The notes beneath the pieces are model-generated. The model did no database searches, was not told the origin of the DNA, and saw nothing but the letters and a program-made list of their open reading frames with translations. Shown here piece after piece: positions 48,385 to 59,403 of a stretch of 64,000 nt of DNA. Within the stretch, counting starts at the first letter, position 1, and each line of letters begins with the position of its first letter. The position numbers and the translations under genes were made by a program. Source of the stretch: Rebecca billardiae RCC1528 (lineage: Eukaryota; Protista; Haptophyta); assembly GCA_965240325.2 (NCBI GenBank), contig OZ251236.1, forward strand, positions 1,612,001-1,676,000, read 5' to 3'.

Positions 48385-49836
48385 TCATACCCTCGCACGG
48401 GCGCTCGCAGTGGCCGCCGACGGCTCGGACGGCGTGGCGGGCGTCGTCGGCGCTGCCGCCGCCGCCGCCCCATCCGGCGGCTTGTCGAGTGTCAGCCAGC
48501 GCGGCCCGGCGTAGGCGATGCCGAGCGCGCCCACGGGCGCGGTGAGCACGATGGCGACGACCGAGAGCACGAGGACGCTCAGGCCGTACGCCTCCGCCTC
48601 TGCGCCCAGCTGCTGCGCGCGCGCGAGGTCGAGCGCGGCGCCGCCCACCGCCGCCTGCACCGTCGCCTTGGGCATCCACGCGACGGCGACGAACGCTGCC
48701 TCGCGCTGGCTGAGCCCGTGGCAGCTCGCGGCGGCGCGCGTCGCGGCCAGCCGGACGGCGAGCCCGCCCGCGAGCACGGCGACGGACATGCCGAGCGCGT
48801 CGGCGCTGAGCACGTCGAAGCGCACCGCGGCGCCGAGCAGGCCAAAGAGCAGCGGCTGCGCGACGGCCGTCCACAGCGCGTTGAGCGAGGCGGCGCACGG
48901 CGCGGCGCGCGCCTTGCCCCAGCGCGCGCCCGCGGTGCAGCCGAGCACCACGGCGCCGAGCGCGCCGCCGCCGGCCAGGTGCACGCGCCGCCCTCCGAAG
49001 ACGGCGAGCACGCCGCCCGCGACGAGTGCAGCCGTCCGCCTGCTGTGCGGCAGCTGTGCAGGCACGGCGGCGGCGAGCGCGCCAGCGCCGAGGCCGAGCG
49101 CCGTGCCCGCCACCAGCTCGACCGGCCCCTTGAAGGCGAGCCACACCAGCCCGCCGCCGGCGGCGTCCGCGGCGCCGGCGGCGACGAGGGAGAGGCAGAT
49201 GCCGAAGCCGCTGATCGCCAGCACGTCGTCCAGGCTCGCGGCCGCGAGCACCACGCTCGGGATCCCCTTGGCCACGCCGTGGCCGCGCTCCTGCAGCTCG
49301 AGCAGCCCGGGCACCACGACCGCGGGCGAGACGGCGGCGATGACGAAGCCGAGGAGCGCGGCCCACACGGGCGGCAGGCCGAGGAGCACGTGCCCCAGCC
49401 CGGCCACGGCCGCCGCCTCGCACGAGCACGGCACGAACGCGAGGCGCAGCGTGAGCAGCCCGACCGCCCTCAGCTTGCGCACGTCCAGGCCGAGCCCGGC
49501 GCGGAGCATGATCACGACGAGGGCGAGCGAGCGCATCGCGTCGGACCACGCGGCGGGGAGGCCATCGACGAGCCCGCCGGGCAGGTTGCGAAGCACCACG
49601 CCGCTCAGGAGCATGCCCAGCAGCGGCGGGAGCTTGGTCCAGCGGCGCAGCGCCTCGCCCGCGAGCACGGCGAGCGTGTAGATGAGCATGACGGCGAACA
49701 TAGGGCCGCCGGGCGCGAATGGGGGGCCGCCGACGAGCCACGCGCCGAAGCACACGTACACCCACAGCAGCACGGTCACCACCTCGCCCACGCCTGGGCG
49801 CAGGGCCGGCGCGTCGTCTGCCGATGCATCGTCCAT
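48385..49836 (-). CDS. SLC9B/NHA-type Na+/H+ antiporter
   Basis: PPLLGML..G, IMLRAGLGLD, AVSPAVVVP, AASLDDVLAI, PKATVQAA; many TM segments. Confidence 0.93.
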   Translation of the reverse strand: MDDASADDAPALRPGVGEVVTVLLWVYVCFGAWLVGGPPFAPGGPMFAVMLIYTLAVLAGEALRRWTKLPPLLGMLLSGVVLRNLPGGLVDGLPAAWSDAMRSLALVVIMLRAGLGLDVRKLRAVGLLTLRLAFVPCSCEAAAVAGLGHVLLGLPPVWAALLGFVIAAVSPAVVVPGLLELQERGHGVAKGIPSVVLAAASLDDVLAISGFGICLSLVAAGAADAAGGGLVWLAFKGPVELVAGTALGLGAGALAAAVPAQLPHSRRTAALVAGGVLAVFGGRRVHLAGGGALGAVVLGCTAGARWGKARAAPCAASLNALWTAVAQPLLFGLLGAAVRFDVLSADALGMSVAVLAGGLAVRLAATRAAASCHGLSQREAAFVAVAWMPKATVQAAVGGAALDLARAQQLGAEAEAYGLSVLVLSVVAIVLTAPVGALGIAYAGPRWLTLDKPPDGAAAAAAPTTPATPSEPSAATASARARV

Positions 49837-49885
49837 GCTGATACACGGCTTTGTAGTTTGTACAGATACTGTATTGTACAGTTTG

Positions 49886-49924
49886 TACAGTTGACTCAGA
49901 TTTCACGTGCACACTTGGTTCAGG
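49886..49924 (+). mobile_element. Degenerate family-B short element preceded by TACAG stutters
   Basis: TACAGTTGACT..ACGTGCACACTTGGTT.AGG; TACAG also at 49861 and 49877. Confidence 0.55.
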
Positions 49925-50251
49925 TACACGGTAGGTGAGCCGCGAGAGAACGCCTCGTCGTCAGATTCGCGCCGCCCCTCTGCCAGGCCGTGGCCGCGGG
50001 GAGGCTGCGCTTGGCGCGTGCTCGCAGCCTTCTCGGGGGAGGCGTGTGCGCCCCCCGACGCGCACGCAGCTTGCACCATCTCGTCGCCGGTGGGCTCGAT
50101 CACCGGCCCGGGCGGCCACTGGCTGCGCGTCGACGCGCAGGGCGACGACGCGGCGAAGCGGAGCGAGCGCGCGACCGTCGCTTCTCTGAGCGCCTCGCTG
50201 TGCGCGTGCCTGCGCTTGGGCCGGCGCAGCAACCTGAGCAGCGGCGACCCT

Positions 50252-51718
50252 ATGCACACGCCCTTTGGCCGCCAGTCCACGCTCGGCAAGCTCTTCACCG
50301 CGCGCTCCACGCTGCCCGCCGCCGAGCTGCCGGAAGCGATCGCGCCGTCGCAGCTCGAGCGCAGCGCGGAGGAGAGCGCGCTGGTGGCGGCGCTGCGAGC
50401 GCACGCCGGGCGCGTGTGCGCGGAGCACGGCCTCGACGGCTCGGCCGCCGTGCTCACCGAGCAGCGCCTCCTCCGCTACGCGCGCTTCATCGACGAGCCG
50501 CTCTCCGAGTGCGAGCGCTTTCTGCTGCTGCGGCAGCAGCTGGGGCTGGGCGCAGTCGCGGAGGCGGTGGCGCAGGGCAGGGCGTTCCCCGGGGAGCGGG
50601 AGATGCAGGGCGTGTGGGAGCACAACCTCTTCGGCGCCGCCGTCACCGACCGCGAGGGCCGCCCCGTCTTCATCGCGACGATCGGCGGGCTGTCGTGCAC
50701 GCGCCGCCTGCTCGTGGGCGCGGGCGAGCAGAGCGCGCGCGCGCACCTGCTGCACGCGCTCGAGGCGCTGAACGCGCGCGTCTCGGCGCTGTCGGAGCAG
50801 CGGCAGCTGCTCCTCTCGTACACGTACGTGCTCGACGCGTCGGGCTTCTCCTTCTGGCAGGCGTGCGTGAGCGACTCCGGCCGCGCCTTCTTTGCGCAGC
50901 TCGGCGCCGAGCTGAACCGACTGGCCGTGCCCGCGCTGATCGCGCGCGTGCTGCTCGTGCGGGTGCCGCCGCAGTGGCAGCTGATCTGGAACGCGGCGCG
51001 GCTGGTGCTGCCGCCCAAGGTGCAGCGGAAGGTGCACGTGTGCTCGGACGCCGCCGAGCTCGCGCGCTTCATCGAGCCCGCGCAGCTCCCCGCGCGGTAC
51101 GGCGGCAGCTGCGCGGACGCGGCGTGCTTTGTGCGGCAGCGCTTTGAGCCGCTCGGACGCGGCCGGGCGGATGCGGGCGCGCACGAGCGGCGCCGGGCCG
51201 AGGCGCACGCGGCGGCGGAGGGTGGGAAGGCGGGCGGTGCGCCGAGCGGTGAGGCCGCGGAGCCCGTGCGCTCGCCGCGCTCGCCCTTCGGCGGCGGCGG
51301 CGCAGGCATCGCGCTCGGCATGCTGCCGGGCGGCCACAGCCCGCGCGGCGGCAGCGGCAACAGCGCACGCGCGAGCTCGGCCGCGTCGGCCGCGGGCGCT
51401 GACGGCGCGGCGCGCGCGAGTAGCAGCAGCACGGCGTCCTCGCGCTCGATGAGCGGCGGCTGGGCACTGGGCCGCCCGACGGGCATGGGGCGTGGGCCGC
51501 CCACCGCGTGCGCCGCGGCCAGCTCAGCCGCAGCGACGACACCGGCGCAGCCTGCTACCTCGGGCGCAGTGGTCGGCGGCGCGGTGGGCGCGCCCGCGAT
51601 GGCGGGCGGCGGCAACAGCGGAGTGGCGCCAACCAGGTCGCCAGCGCGGTCGCCACGTGGGCTCGGCATCGTCGGCGGCGCGATCGGAGGCTCCGCATCG
51701 CCCAAAGCTCCGAGATGA
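50252..51718 (+). CDS. CRAL-TRIO/Sec14 lipid-binding protein with low-complexity tail (start may lie further upstream)
   Basis: RLLRYAR, TDREGRPVFI, YVLDASGF, IWN....LP.KVQRKVHV, FIEPAQLPARYGG. Confidence 0.85.
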   Translation: MHTPFGRQSTLGKLFTARSTLPAAELPEAIAPSQLERSAEESALVAALRAHAGRVCAEHGLDGSAAVLTEQRLLRYARFIDEPLSECERFLLLRQQLGLGAVAEAVAQGRAFPGEREMQGVWEHNLFGAAVTDREGRPVFIATIGGLSCTRRLLVGAGEQSARAHLLHALEALNARVSALSEQRQLLLSYTYVLDASGFSFWQACVSDSGRAFFAQLGAELNRLAVPALIARVLLVRVPPQWQLIWNAARLVLPPKVQRKVHVCSDAAELARFIEPAQLPARYGGSCADAACFVRQRFEPLGRGRADAGAHERRRAEAHAAAEGGKAGGAPSGEAAEPVRSPRSPFGGGGAGIALGMLPGGHSPRGGSGNSARASSAASAAGADGAARASSSSTASSRSMSGGWALGRPTGMGRGPPTACAAASSAAATTPAQPATSGAVVGGAVGAPAMAGGGNSGVAPTRSPARSPRGLGIVGGAIGGSASPKAPR

Positions 51719-51997
51719 CGCGAGTCCGACGGACCCGGCTTCCGGGCTGTGATTCGTCCTCCGCGGACGCGGTCGTCGTCGGCCAAAAATAAGCGGCAGG
51801 GGTACAGTTTTCTACGGTAAGGTATCCCCATGCGGTGAAGCATGTAGTTAGAGACGTTAGGATCCGAATAATCATCCGATTCGCTCGCCAGCCAATCACG
51901 TGAGGGACGTACCGTTCGAGCGAAGCACGGCGCGCGTCGCGCGCGTATCACCTTTGGCGTGAGGGCCGCCGCGGTGCGCCGGCAACGCACGGCCAGC

Positions 51998-54155
51998 ATG
52001 CTGCGGTCATGCATGTCCATCTGCGGCGCGCCGAAGCACGACGACGCCGACGAGACGGCGCCTAAGCGGCAGGCGGTTGGCCCAACCGCTGGCGCCGGAG
52101 CAGCGGCCGCCAAGCCCTCGGGCGCGGCGAGCGCGGCCAAGGGCGGCAAGGAGCCCGACTTCAGCGGCGTGTGGGAGCTCTCCAACTCGAAGAACTTCGA
52201 CGCGTACCTCGAGGCGCTCGGCGTGAGCTGGCCGAAGCGCAAGGTTGCCAAGCAGCTCAAGCCGAAGCAGACGTGGTCCAAGGCGGGTGACACGTGGCGC
52301 TTCAACGTGCAGACGCCCATCGGCCCCAAGACGGAGGAGTTCCCGATCGGTGCGCGCACGCGCGGCGCGCGCGCGCGGCGCGCGGGGCGCGGTGCTCTCC
52401 TCGCGGCTGAGCCGCCGCGCGCGCTCTCCGCGCAGGCGTTCCCGTCGAGGACGACGTGGACGGCGAGAAGATGACCAAGACCAGCCAGTGGGAGGGCGGC
52501 GTGCTCGTCACCACCGTCGTGCCCAAGAGCCCGCAGAAGCCGCGCAACACCATGTGCGCGCACACTCGCGCGGCTGCTGGCGGCACCGCCGCGCGTGCTG
52601 ACGGCGAAAGGGCGCGGGTGCGCGCGCGGCTGACTCCTCCCCGCGCGGCGCGCGTGCCTCCGCGCCGCAGGCGGCGCTACCTGCGCGGCAGCGGCCCCTC
52701 GGCCAAGCTGATCCTGGAGATGACTGTGAGCACGCCCAAGGGCGACGTCACGTGCGAGCGCGAGTTCACGCTCATCAGCAGCGGGCACGCGACGATGACG
52801 AAGCAGCTCACGCGCGCGATCGCCCCGCCGCCCGCCGCCGGCGGCGGCAAGGACGACGGCGCCGCCGTCGACTTCAGCGGCGTGTGGGAGCTGAGCGAGT
52901 CGAAGCTGTTCGACGAGTACCTCACCGCGATGGGCGCGAACTGGACCAAGCGCAAGGTCGCCAAGCAGCTCAAGCCGAAGCAGACGTGGTCCAAGGCGAA
53001 CGGCACGTGGCAGTTCAACGTGCAGACGCCGATTGGCCCCAAGACCGAGAAGTTCCCCATCGGTGCGTGGCGTGCGCGTCGCCCGAACGGCGTGGCGCAG
53101 CCGGCGCGGCGAGCTGCGAGCTCACGAGTGCCCAACCGCGCGCGCCGCGCGCACACCGCACAGGCATGCCCGTCGACGACGACGTGGACGGCGAGAAGAT
53201 GATCAAGACGAGCTTTTGGGAGGGCGATGTGCTCGTCACCACCGTCGTGCCCAAGGACGAGGCCAAGGCGCTCGCGCTCGGAGACATGTCCATGTGCGCG
53301 CGCGCAGCCGCGCGCGCCGCGCCAGCGTCGCGGCGGCGGCTCGTCAGCTGCGACGCTCTCACGCGCCTGCGCGTCGCCTGCGCGTGGCGATGTGCGCAGG
53401 CGGCGATACATCACCGACTTCGGGACGGCCAAGGAGCGCCTCGTGCTGGAGATGAAGGTGGGTGACATCACCTGCCTCCGCATCTTCACGCGCGTCGGCC
53501 CGAGGCCCGCCGGCAGCGACGCGGCCGCGGCCGCAGCCGCGCCCGTCGCCAAGCCGAGCGCGCCCACGAAGGCCGGCGACGTCGACTTCAGCGGCGTGTG
53601 GGAGCTGAGCGAGTCGAAGCTGTTCGACGAGTACCTCACCGCGATGGGCGCGAACTGGGCGAAGCGCAAGGTGGCGAAGGGCCTCAAGCCGAAGCAGACG
53701 TGGTCCAAGGTGGGCGGCACGTGGCAGTTCAACGTGCAGACGCCCATCGGCCCCAAGACAGAGAAGTTCCCGATCGGGGTGCCCGTCGACGACGACGTGG
53801 ACGGCGAGAAGATGACCAAGACCAGCCAGTGGGAGGGCGACGTGCTCGTCACCACCGTCGTGCCCAAGGACGCGGCCAAGCTCACCGCGCTCGGCAAGAT
53901 GTCCATGTGCGCGCACCCGCTGCGTGGCCGCTGCACCCGGCCCGCCGCCGCGCAGGCCGTGCCGCACCGCGCGCCGCGCCGCGCGCGCGGCCACTGACAC
54001 GCGCTGCGCCGCCTTGCTGCCCACACGCTCGCAGGCGGCGGTACATCCGCGGCGAGGGCAGCGCAGAGCGGCTGGTGCTCGAGATGATCGTCGGCAACAT
54101 CACCTGCCTGCGCATCTTCGAGCGCGTTGGCCCGGCCGCAGCGGCGCGGGTATGA
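51998..54155 (+). CDS. Protein of three tandem FABP/intracellular lipid-binding domains; introns 52350-52435, 52554-52670, 53063-53163, 53294-53399, 53907-54034
   Basis: Three copies of DFSGVWELS.SK.FD.YL.A.G..W.KRKVAK.LKP..F.IG.P.DDDVDG..RRY..L.LEM....TC.R.F. Five GT-AG introns restore the frame. Confidence 0.88.
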
Positions 54156-54526
54156 GGGCCGCCAACCTGCCGTCCCCTTGCGTCGAGCCTGCGCACTGGG
54201 CGGGCACCCAGCAGAGTCCGCGATCCATCCTGGGATGTGGGTCCGTTGGCTTCTTGCATGCCGCGCCCGTCGCTCGCGCTGAGCCCTGGACAGCGCACCG
54301 CGGCAGGCGCCAGGCGGCGCCCGGCTTCTGCCGCGCCTGCTGCACGTACTGCTATCACGACGCGCGCGCGCTTCCGAGTGTGAGTGTCCGCGGACGATGA
54401 GTGCCAGCGAGCGAGCCCCAGCGACGAGCGTGGCCACGGGCGGCGGGGCCCGCGTCAGGCTCTACCCGCTGAGGCCGTCACGCGTGTCTCGTCAGACAGT
54501 CTCAGGCTTCTCAGCCCTGGCGTCAG

Positions 54527-56923
54527 TAGGGGGTCCATGACAGCAGCCCACTGATTTGTGATTTTCGACAACCATGCGATTTAGGTGTGTGACGAGCGAG
54601 GCGCTTGCGAAGGCACCCACAAATATGTCCCGGAACCCAGCCCAGCCGTCAGAAGCACGCAAAACCGACTCCGCGTGCCGTCGCGCGGTCGTGCGCGCGC
54701 GCCAGCTGCGCTACTGTGTCACATACAGATTCAGCCAAACGTCAACGACTTGTTATGGCGGCTAAATGACGGTATATCGCCGAACTTACTTATTCATAAC
54801 CGTTGCAACCCGCCCAAATAAAATTACGGCGGAATTGCTGATTTTTAGAAGGCACGATGAGTGCGCGTAGAGGGCGAGGAAAAACTACTCCAAGATCGAG
54901 CATGTTACCCATTTAATTAGAGACACGTACCCGTATATATGCGCATACCTACCCGCTTATTATATAATGCGGGTGTGTTTTAAATATATATTCAGGGTGC
55001 TGTCAATATGGGGGTACCTTGTTCACTATTCGTGCTGGGTCATCCGAATAGGCCGCGCCGCCGCGCGGAGACGGCGGGCTCATGCCACCGTCGAACCGTG
55101 CCGCAGCAGGCCCGGACGGACCTGAGGCGGGCGGCGGGCTGCGTGCCGAAGCACACTACCAAGCCCACCTCTGAGCATGCCACCATCCCCATAGTCGTGA
55201 GAGAGTCCTCCGCCATCGAGGCTTGCGTGCGCAGACTAGCAGTCGCCGCCGCCGAGCTTGCCGCGGTCCGTTCGGCGACTTCCGTGCCCGTGCTCTGTGT
55301 CACCGGCGTCGTCGCCGTTCGTCGTACCCTAGCCCACGCGAGGGCGTCACCGGTCCACCAGTACTGCGGCGGACTGCGCGCGCTTCGCCGCGCGCTCGCC
55401 CTCGAGCTCCGCCGCTCTCCTCTCGCGCTCGAACTCGGCGCAGTCGGCAGCCATGGCAGCCCGCTCGGCCGCAGCTCGATCTGTGCCCCCGCTCGGTTGC
55501 GTTGGCGCGCAAGCTGGCGCGCGCAGCGTCGGCGACGGCGCGCGCGATCGCCTTGCGCGACGAGTTCAGCTCCACCTGCTGCTCCGTCAGGCGCACCTGC
55601 TGCTCCAAGATGATCGCGTGCTCAGCAGGAGTCACGCGCTGCTCGTGCAGCTGCACCTGCACGCGGCCTGCTGCGGACGCGCGCGGCGCGCTGGCGTCGG
55701 GGGGCGAGTAGAGGTCGCGGAAGGGGCAGCTGTCGTCGCCGGCGCCCAGCGACGTGTCGTCGACATCCAGCTCCGCCTTCCTCTCCGCCGCCGACGCGCC
55801 CTGCTTCCGGCTCAGGATGCGCTCCATGTCCTCGTGCTTGCCCTTCCACCACCTGTGCACGGTCATCAGCCAGATGCCGATCACCTCGAGCCGCGGCGAG
55901 TCGTGGCGCAACGAGATGCCGAGCGCATCCACGCAGACGAGCGTGAGCGCCTTGGGCTTCTTCGTCCGACCGTCGCGCGCGGTCTGGGCGCACGCAGGGG
56001 TGAACACTCTGACCAACGGCTTGTGCTTCTTCGAGTTCTCAAGCATGAGCTCCACGAGACCACGAGCGTGCGGAGGAGGTCGAGGAGCATGAAGTCGAGC
56101 ACCGATGCGTACCGCGGGCGAGTGCCGGCCACGCGCCAGCTGGTCGAGGGCTGTAGCACGTGGATGGCGCGCGCCGCCACCGCCGTCTCCTCGAGCTGCT
56201 GCGCGCTGACGTTGACGTCAGGCCGTAGCTCGGGCCTGCACGGTTGCTCACAGTCGAGGCCGTCCGCGGAGGAGGCGAGCCCCTCGGCGGTGCCGGCAGG
56301 GACCTCGGGCGGGTCGCACACACCCATGGGCACGCGTGCATCATCATCTGCCGCGCCCTGGACCTCGTCATGCCCGGCACAGCGGTCCGCAAGTTGGTCG
56401 GCGGCAGCTGGCCCTTGCGGCAGAGGCGTCGCGGGCACGTCCGAGGGCGAGATGGCAGCGACGGGTGGGGAAGGAGACAGTGTCCAGTCGTTGTCGATGC
56501 CCATCCCACCATATTGCGCATGTTCGTCTCCGTATTGCTCTCCTGCACGTGCTCCTAGGACGCGCTCCTTGGTCGCGAGCAGCACACGTCGAGCACGCAG
56601 ATTCAAATGATGAAGCACGAGCGTCGTTTGGCCAGCGACTCCCAGCGAGAGCCCGGTCCACACGAACCGTGGCTACGTGTCCGTGTCCACCGAGTCGCTC
56701 GGCGAGGCGCCCGCGCCGATGTGGGCGCGCCCAATGGCGAGCGGACGGCCGTCGACGAGGGCCATCAGCCTTGCCGACCCCGTTCAGAGCTCCGCTCCCG
56801 CGCCGGGCGGCGGGCCGAGCCGAGCGCGGATTTGGAATCTGCCGATCGCGAAAACACGCCGAACAAGTTCTGAAAAGGAAAAGAAAAGAAATCAAAACTC
56901 GATTTAATCAGATGGACCCCCTA
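54527..56923. mobile_element. Non-autonomous hAT-like DNA transposon: 12-bp TIR, 7-bp TSD
   Basis: TAGGGGGTCCAT at 54527 and its reverse complement ending at 56923. GCGTCAG lies directly outside both ends (54520-26 and 56924-30). Confidence 0.8.
55040..56610 (-). pseudogene. Frameshifted cargo ORF inside the hAT-like element
   Basis: Protein-like segments switch frame near 56060 (..LDFMLLDLLRTLVV / ELMLENSKKHK..) and again at ~55500-55300. No DDE motif recognised. Confidence 0.45.
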
Positions 56924-57106
56924 GCGTCAGGCGCTTCCTCGGGCGTCTGCTGCTCGGGCTCAGATCTAGCTCAGAGGCGATCATCAGCATACATATATCA
57001 GCATCATTTATCGCCATCGTCCGGTCGCCGCACTCTGTCTGACTCTGCTCAGACTGCTCACTGCTGTGACTCTGATCAATGCTAACAAGATCATCAGACT
57101 ACTATA

Positions 57107-58945
57107 CAGTGGGCTGGTCCCACTGGCGGAGCAGAAATTCAAAACTATCTGACGATCGGCGCGGTCTCAGCGACTCGGAACAAACGGGGTGCGACAGACT
57201 AGCGCCGGCGGGGTATGCGCCGGCGTCTGAGCTCACCAGCGCGACTTCAGCAAAGCGCGCGGACGAAAATCAGCTCTCCGGGAGGGCCCCTGGCCTGCGC
57301 GGGGTCGCGGTCGCGGCGCCGGGCGCGGGGATGCTGTCAGCTTCCGAGCCCGTACAGCTCGTCGCGCGCGCTCGGGGTGCGCGAGGCGACGCGGTACGAC
57401 GGTGGCGTGGACCACCACCTCACGCCTCGCTGCGTCGTCAGCGTGTACAGCCCACCGCTGCCACTAGCGCCAATGTGAATGGCACTGCTCGGAACAGCTC
57501 GATGCGTCGCGCGTCGTCGTTTGCGTCGACTCGTCGCTCGGCCGGAGGTGCAGCTGACGCGCTCGCCGAAGCAGCACCGCAGACTCCGCTCGATGGTGTG
57601 CGCGGCGTGAAGTTCGCACCGAACGTCTTCTTGTGGCGAGATGCGCACCGCCCGCCGCAGCGCCCGCCGCTGCCGAGCCGGCCGCCGCTGCGGCCGCCGC
57701 GCCGGCTGCCGCCGCAGCGACCGCCGTCGCTGCGCCATCAGCCGGCCCGGTGCTGCCGCACTCGCCGGGCGACCCCTCGAAGATGCGCGCAGCGTGACGT
57801 GCGCGGCGAGTAACTCCTCGTCGCGAGATGCGCTCCACCCGCCGTCGCGCCGGCCGCCGCGGCGTCCGCCGCCGCGGCGTCTGCCACCGCGCCGCCCCGG
57901 CTACAGACAGTGCCGGCGCAGCGCCCGACCGCTGCGGCGCCCGCCCGGCTGTCACGCCCGCATTCAGCAGGCCCGGTGCTGCCGCGCTCGCCGGGCGACG
58001 AATCGATATCGCGCGCGGCGTGACGTGCGCGCCGAGTGACTCCTCGTCGCGAGATGCCTCTGCCAGCAGCCGCGCCCGCCACCGCTGCTGCACTCGCCGC
58101 CGCGCCCCGGGATGCCACCGCGCCCGCGCCCGACCGACGTCACGCCCGCCGTCAGCAGGCCCGATGCTGCCACGCTGGCCGGGCGCCGCGGTGGTCGCGG
58201 CGTTTGATGCCGTCGCAGACGGCGTGCGAAGCGCGGCGTCGGTACCCGCCCACCCTGCACGATGTTGCCGCGCTGCAACCTCAGCTTGATCGCTGACTCC
58301 ACGCTGAGAGCTCGCGAAGAGACAGCCCACCCGCACAGTGGCAGTCTTCGCCCAGGAGCGCCGTATGCGTAGCGGTGGGTGCGGAACGTGGCGCTCGACT
58401 TCTCCTCGGCGTCCGAGTCCTGCATCTGCTCCTGCACCAGCCCCTCCCATTCTGCGCGCGGGCGCGGAGTCGGTGGCCGCGCCGCACGATGTCGACGCGA
58501 GGGGCGCCGCAGCAGATGTCAGGTATGGTGACCGCGCTTCCGGCGGGCGTTTTCAAGCGGAACTTCTGGAACGCGTTGCTCACTGAAACTTGTGCGGAAC
58601 CACCGTGCCCGATTTTGCACCCCGCGGACGCACGGTCGGCGCGCCGAGCGAGCGCGCACCAGCGCGGGCACCCGGCTTGTGCCTCTGGTCGTGGAGCCAG
58701 TCGCCACGATTCGGCGGCGCCTTGAGCTTGCGCGCGTCCGCAATCGCCCAGGTTCGCCTCACAACTCGTGGTGCTCACTTCCCCGCCGGCTCACGCGGCG
58801 GACTTGCATTCGCCTCGCGCCACAGCGCCCGCGCCCCCTCGCGGGGGCGGCTTCGAAGCCGCCGCCGCCGTCCGCCGCGCAACCGCCGAAGCTTCGCCAA
58901 AACTCCGGTCCGTTGTTTTGCAGGTCCCCCAGTGAGACCCGCCCA

Positions 58946-58948
<3 letters not shown>
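57107..58948. mobile_element. Non-autonomous Tc1/mariner-type element (TA TSD) with internal repeats
   Basis: Imperfect TIRs CAGTGGGC(T/G)GGTC(C/T)CACTGG(C/G)GGA, TA on both sides. About three internal diverged repeats at 57600-58060. Confidence 0.75.

Positions 58949-59038
<90 letters not shown>
58949..59038. repeat. (TA)45 microsatellite abutting the element's right TIR
   Basis: Pure TA tract. Confidence 0.98.
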
Positions 59039-59039
<1 letters not shown>

Positions 59040-59403
59040 GATCATTCTATATGATTTAACGACTGCGCGCTCATATACAGCGCGTTGCATACCACGTCGT
59101 TAATATACAGCGCGCGTAGTATTATTATTTAAAAATACTCGTCGTCGTCGCGTCATATCGCGCGAATCGCCGAATGTAATGACGATCGATCGCCGATATT
59201 GTGATGCGCATGCTGCCGCTGACCGCCGATATATATATAGTCTACCGCGCTCGCGATATATCATCGATCGATCGTCATCATCGTCAGATTCATCATCACT
59301 TTATCATCACGATGCCATCAGCCGCGTCGTCGTCGGCCCGCGCCTCCCGCGTCCCGCGCCGCCCGTCGGATTCTCATGGCCGAGCGCGTGATCAGCGCAT
59401 CAT

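Noticed and set aside
51803-51830. Additional TACAGTTT element upstream of the FABP gene
   Set aside because: Similarity is limited to about 10 nt, too short to assign to family A or B.
58590-59090. ORFs with YIYIYI tracts
   Set aside because: These are translations of the (TA)n microsatellite.
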